Part shown: positions 59,216 through 64,000 of the stretch, one piece after another
Layout of the letters: each line of letters opens with the position of its first letter
How positions within the stretch are numbered: position 1 is the stretch's first letter
Notes under the pieces: generated by a model
Databases searched by the model: none
What the model saw: the letters and a program-made list of their open reading frames with translations, nothing else
Told to the model about the DNA's origin: nothing
Program-made: the position numbers and the translations under genes
NCBI GenBank assembly: GCA_024704765.1
Contig: JAKMXF010000022.1
Coordinates: 573,055-637,054, forward strand
DNA length: 64,000 bases
Reading direction: 5' to 3'
Source of the DNA: Oopsacas minuta
Lineage: Eukaryota > Animalia > Porifera

Positions 59216-59492
59216 TAATAATATAGATTGTATAATATCATGTCGGCATAGATTGTTATTTTAGATTTTAAGTAACGGACTATAAGTGTAAATTATTAGA
59301 AGGCAAGAATAATATGAATAATAATAACATAGCTACTTAAAACTACTATAAGGACCCCAGGGTGTGTTTGAAAAAATAGTAAAATATATTTCTGATGGTA
59401 ATCACTAATCTCTTAAGATGAATCCGTCTCTTGCTCTTATAGCCGTAATTTTGTCAATTTTTTATCTTTTATAGATTCTCACTCTACCCTAG

Positions 59493-60308
59493 ATGGCACA
59501 AAGATCTCCAGAAAAACTCCCAAACACCAATAAAATATCTCCAAAACATAAAAGCTACGATATCATGAATGAGATTCCTGACATAACAGCAAATAACATA
59601 TTCTCTAAACTAACTAATGATGAACGTAAGCAGTATACTTCTAAAGTAGCTCGTTATCTGCTGCTGGGACAGAATAGAGGGGTTCCAATCAAGAGGAAGG
59701 AAATCCAGGAACAGATTGGTTCAACACACTCCCGTGCTGTGTTACCCATCTTAAAATCAGCTGATAAAGTTCTCAGAGATACAGCTGGCCTGGCTATCCT
59801 TGAGTTCTCGAAGGGTATAAATAACAAATTCTATGTTCTAATCAATATACTGGAAGTAGATCCAGAATTACAAAGAGAGTTTGTAGAGAGAGATACAGAG
59901 AGCAGTGCTCAGCTGTCTCTCCTCCTCGTAATCCTCTCCCTCATCATGATGAAGCAGACTAAGGTTAAGGAGGAGGATATCTGGGACTTCCTATTACACC
60001 TAAACATTCCTGAAGGAGACGTGCAGCACCCTGTCTTAGGAAACGTAAAGAAGCTTCTAGAAGAATGGTGTAGACAGATGTACCTTGATAAGTACAAAGA
60101 GCCTATTCCAGACAAAGTAAACTATTACTATATATGGGGAGAGAGGGCTAAAGTGGAATTTCCTCCCGAGAAGATACTCCACTTCATAGCTAAGGTACAT
60201 GGAGACGATCCTCGCAGCTGGCTACGTATTCACAAGCATTTGTTAGCTGACAAACTAGAACAGACTGAGAGCTTAACAAATCCAGATGATACCTCTACCC
60301 AAAAATAA
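59493..60308 (+). CDS. NSMCE3: MAGE-homology-domain protein, NSE3/MAGEG1 subunit of SMC5/6
   Basis: KVARYLLL...PIKRKEI...LRDTAGLAILE...YVLIN (WH-A); LLLVILSLIMMK...EEDIWDFLLHL...HPVLGNVKKLL...QMYL...YYYIWGERAKVE (WH-B). Confidence 0.88.
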   Translation: MAQRSPEKLPNTNKISPKHKSYDIMNEIPDITANNIFSKLTNDERKQYTSKVARYLLLGQNRGVPIKRKEIQEQIGSTHSRAVLPILKSADKVLRDTAGLAILEFSKGINNKFYVLINILEVDPELQREFVERDTESSAQLSLLLVILSLIMMKQTKVKEEDIWDFLLHLNIPEGDVQHPVLGNVKKLLEEWCRQMYLDKYKEPIPDKVNYYYIWGERAKVEFPPEKILHFIAKVHGDDPRSWLRIHKHLLADKLEQTESLTNPDDTSTQK

Positions 60309-60490
60309 TATTTGTTGCTTCAAGCTAATTTTCCTTATTCGTTACTTCTTTTATTCTTACAAATAATTAAATAGAAATAACGTATCCCTCTGTCTTTCAA
60401 TTTTTAGTTTGTGTTTAGAAAAGTGAAATCGTTTGGATAACTGGAATAATAGATTTTGGTGATATGTGTGGTATTCAGTGCTAGGGGATA

Positions 60491-60649
60491 CAGTAGACTC
60501 CGCTTAATAGGATTACATTGGGACCAGACCAATTTCCGATTAAGCGGAATAAGGTGTTAGCCTGATTAACCAGAATTTAACACTATTTGTACAGTTCTGT
60601 TCTGGCCAAGTGACCCGATTAAACTAGTTCTATTATGCGGAGTCTACTA
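60491..60649. mobile_element. MITE (pogo/Tigger-like), 159 bp
   Basis: TA-CAGTAGACTCCGC ... GCGGAGTCTACTA-TA. Confidence 0.75.
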
Positions 60650-60899
60650 TATATTCCAACAGTAATTTTGGAATCGGGGATATTTGACACTATTGGTGTG
60701 ACATGACATCAGGACATAGTATCAAATACTAGCACTGAAGCAGTACACGAGTAAAGCTATGATAATAGCTAAATTATAGCAAACTTTCAAAACTTAGATT
60801 TCTTCCTAGTGTTCGGATAACCCAGATGTCGGATAACCTATTGGTATATAATTACAGCAATAATATTCACTCATAAATTAATTACAACTAATGTGACAG

Positions 60900-61958
60900 C
60901 TAAACTGCTGTTGAAACGTTCAATTCATTCTTGTCAAAGTCAAACGCCAGAGTTGCCTCACCTGTATCTTCTACAGGTGTAGAGAGTGAGTTATTTGGAG
61001 AAGATAATTCAAACTCTCTAATTTCTTCTTGTAACTCTTCAGTAAGTAAATTTAGTAACGCATTGCTACACAACATAGCTTGAGACCAGCATTCTAGCAG
61101 AGATCTGAAGTATACAATCTCTGCAGCTTGTAATGTAGCTAACAATTCTGATTTGTTTAAACAGAATTTTAAACCTTGACACATTTCTACTAGCAAGCTC
61201 TCTGATAATTGAATACGTTGTTTCTTCTGTAGAGAATTTAGCTGAGAATTAGCCACCATATTATGCTCTTGTTTGTCGAGAGAATAAGTGAGGTAAGGAG
61301 ATGAGGGAACTTCTGATATACCTGATGAACAAATTACAGTGACTGCTCTACAAAAGGATAGTTTAACAGGTGTAGCAATTGAGCTGAGTTCTTCTGTGAA
61401 TATAGCTAGGAACATGGACAGTAGTAGAGGCCTAGTAGATGCATTTATCTTATCTATATATTTGAAGGATTCTGTGTGTGCGATAGGAGTAACCCCCTCA
61501 GATAAACTGTCTCCTCTAGGTGTAGTCTGCTTGTCTAGAGGAGTATTGGGGTAGTAATAGAGAGATATGTAGTTGGTAGCGTTCTGTATGGATATGATAG
61601 AGTTAGGAGGCTCTTTTAGGTGTACCAGAAGGGCAGACAGGCAAACCTCACACCTTTTCTTTAGTGTACTACAAGTAGCAGCTGTTGAATATATAGCAGA
61701 TAGGTATGTGGATAGAAGAGGGGGGATGAATTGTATAGAATAGCATCTGAGAGAAGTTATGAGAGATGAGAACCAAAGATATAGCCATTTATAAACTAAT
61801 TCACTAGTCTCTGATTGATAGGGCTCTAAACATTGGCAGATATGAGTATGGAAATTAGTATGCTCATCACACAGCTGTAACAGATGGTCTTCTGTTACGG
61901 AGCCATCTTCTGTCAGTTGTATGAGGGTGCGTAGGAGGGGGAGAATTTCTTCATTCAT
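60900..61958 (-). CDS. FAM126: Hyccin/FAM126 (PI4KA complex subunit), intronless
   Basis: SIQFIPPLLSTYL, CEVCLSALL, SLYYYP, SFCRAVTVICSSG, RIQLSESLLVEMCQGLKFCL, AMLCSNALLN follow the hyccin domain pattern. Confidence 0.8.
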   Translation of the reverse strand: MNEEILPLLRTLIQLTEDGSVTEDHLLQLCDEHTNFHTHICQCLEPYQSETSELVYKWLYLWFSSLITSLRCYSIQFIPPLLSTYLSAIYSTAATCSTLKKRCEVCLSALLVHLKEPPNSIISIQNATNYISLYYYPNTPLDKQTTPRGDSLSEGVTPIAHTESFKYIDKINASTRPLLLSMFLAIFTEELSSIATPVKLSFCRAVTVICSSGISEVPSSPYLTYSLDKQEHNMVANSQLNSLQKKQRIQLSESLLVEMCQGLKFCLNKSELLATLQAAEIVYFRSLLECWSQAMLCSNALLNLLTEELQEEIREFELSSPNNSLSTPVEDTGEATLAFDFDKNELNVSTAV

Positions 61959-61983
61959 TCCTAGAGAATTGCCAACTACTTAG

Positions 61984-62084
61984 GTTATAGGTCGCAAGCC
62001 CGGCCCAAATCCCGAAGCCTGATCGTGCTCGGTCGTTGGTTAAAGACCTCAGGCCGAGAATTCAGGCCCATTGCGACCTCTAAC
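61984..62084. mobile_element. GC-rich 101-bp MITE 25 bp upstream of the hyccin ATG
   Basis: 14-bp TIRs GTTA(T/G)AGGTCGCAA with 1 mismatch. Confidence 0.65.
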
Positions 62085-62337
62085 TTAAATTAGCCGTCCA
62101 AAACTAAGGATTATCCTTATTGCGATGATGAGAACATTTAGGTATGATAAATGTCAACATGACTGGGAATTTCTTGCGTTGCCATACATTATTTAAAACG
62201 TTTTATTTTCCTGACGGTTCGAGATAGCGTATGTGTGTGTGTATTTATATACGCGGATTTCATTATAAGCTTATATGAAACAGTCCTGTGAGCATTCGAT
62301 AAACCCTGCACGCATGTACATTCGCATATGGAATTAG

Positions 62338-63055
62338 TAGGGTGACAATTGTCCAGGATTTATCCTGAACAATACACAGGGCTCTCAACTCTCACGAGAG
62401 CTCTGTGTACTGTCCATTTTGCTCTCCCATATGATACATAGTACACAGACATGCGCGTTAAATGTTTTGTGCGAAGCTTGTGCGATGTTTGTGCACAAAA
62501 CATTAGTGCCTTCTTGGATGTTGTGCCAGTGTATTTTACACACTATTTTACTTGTTGTCGAGCGTATTTACCTTGGATTAGTGGTTAAGAAACCCTGTAT
62601 GTTATGCCAGCGAATTTTAACACATTATTCGAGTTCAAAAGAGGAAACTTCAACCATTGATATTAAAATGACGAAAGGGTTACACTAGGTTTTTACACAC
62701 CACTTAATAAACAAGCATGCTCTGTGTACTTTTAATTCCTCGATATTTCCAGGTTGAGAGGCCTGCATTACAGCCAAAATTCCTGTGTCCAGGATTCGGA
62801 TTTTAATACCTATGTTACAGGATTCTCGAGATTATTATATTGAATAGAAGGATACGTATTACAATTCTTAATTAAACTGGCTATCAATACGAGCGGCAGC
62901 CATGTTAAATAAGGTTTCACGCTATTTCTATTACAAAGTTAAACATCCAGTTATAATTCTATAACATATACTTGTCAAAGATATAGTGCCCACAGGAATA
63001 TTTGTGGATGTGCTCCAATGTCCAGGATTTATACCGAAACATGTTCGTCACCCTT
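62338..63055. mobile_element. Non-autonomous hAT element, 718 bp, 8-bp TSD
   Basis: TSD GGAATTAG at 62330-62337 and 63056-63063; TIRs AGGGTGAC/GTCACCCT; subterminal GTCCAGGATT repeats. Confidence 0.85.
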
Positions 63056-63235
63056 GGAATTAGCAAATTGGCATTGTGGGTTTAAGTAACTATCTTTGGG
63101 GATGATCAGTGTCTTTGGTTACGATTTTTTAGGTAGGGAAGGTTATATTTGTGCTAGTTAAACACAATTCTATTAAGAGGGGATCATGGCCTATATTAGA
63201 CTATATTTGCTGTTGGGGAAGGTTATATTTGGAGG

Positions 63236-63697
63236 TATTAAAAAGTACAATGAACGTGTCCATTAGGTACAGTAGCTAGTAGTCATGTCCATTAGGTAAA
63301 CTGCATGTACGTGTTCAAGATTAGTGTCATTGGACATAAGAAATCCCCTCCCTCCCGAGGTATTAAATAGTCGAGTGCGCATGCTCACAGAGTCCACGTC
63401 ACGATCGTAACGAATCCAAGAAAGAATAACAATTTCTCTTCACTTATAGTGAGTATAAATCCACTGACGAACAATATTGTCTCTATTTTAAGAAATTTCC
63501 AATTCAACATCTTGTATAACTCCTTCTATCGCTACTCTAGATACTAAGCATGCACCCTCGACTTAGAGTTATGAGCATGCGCACTCAACTTTTTAATACC
63601 TCGAGAGAGGGAGGGGATCTCCTATGTCCAATGACACTAGTCTTGAACACGTACATGCAGTTTACCTGATTGGACATGTCCACTGTACTTTTTAATA
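63236..63697. mobile_element. Foldback/long-TIR element with ~125-bp inverted arms
   Basis: GGTAAACTGCATGTACGTGTTCAAGA(T/C)TAGTGTCATTGGACATA...GAGTGCGCATGCTCA at ~63295-63387 is inverted at ~63572-63697; ~180-bp spacer; TSD not clear. Confidence 0.75.
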
Positions 63698-64000
63698 TAT
63701 GGAGTATTCGAAAACTATACAGTGGAGACTTAACTGTATGTATTTCTATTGGATGTTGACCAGAACCTCTAGAAATGTTTAAGAGCAAGTCGGTTGCTTT
63801 ACCTTCTCTCTCAGATATTCTCTGGCAATATTCTTCTAATTTCCCTGCAAAATACGTTAGGAGTGTATGTGAGGGAAGAAATGCATAATAACTGCATGAA
63901 TTGACTCGGATCGTTGTGTAAAACGCCCCCTAGTGTCAAATATTCCATGCTCACCTTGAAACCCATTGTGCTTTTCGTTCATACAAACTCTGCAACCATT

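Overview
AT-rich, gene-dense eukaryotic (animal) DNA with short GT-AG introns, many intronless housekeeping genes and numerous small DNA-transposon derivatives. The style fits a compact early-branching metazoan genome such as a hexactinellid sponge (inference only). About 24 protein genes can be supported: two divergent head-to-head alpha-tubulins (one with a DD37D/maT transposon in intron 2), cytoplasmic actin, SPOP, an ABHD1/2/3-like hydrolase, LYRM7, an LRP-like YWTD/EGF receptor head-to-head with an 11-exon VWA-8xFN3-TM receptor, PARS2, a head-to-head pair of CNC-type bZIP proteins with a degenerate DNA-binding basic region, SQLE, DTD1, a CYTH protein, PNPT1, MRPL28, TOM1, CAAP1, two coiled-coil-DUSP-UBL paralogs without a USP catalytic domain flanking an OATP transporter, NSMCE3/MAGE and hyccin. 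The strongest hidden signal is absent from the ORF track: a textbook eukaryotic SECIS element (43837-43903, minus) 82 nt downstream of an in-frame UGA in a short ORF ending K-G-G-G-U-G-stop. This indicates an unannotated SelK/SelS-class micro-selenoprotein whose 5' end is unusual. No rRNA, tRNA or CRISPR array was recognised. All exon boundaries, alignments and counts were read by eye and need computational confirmation.
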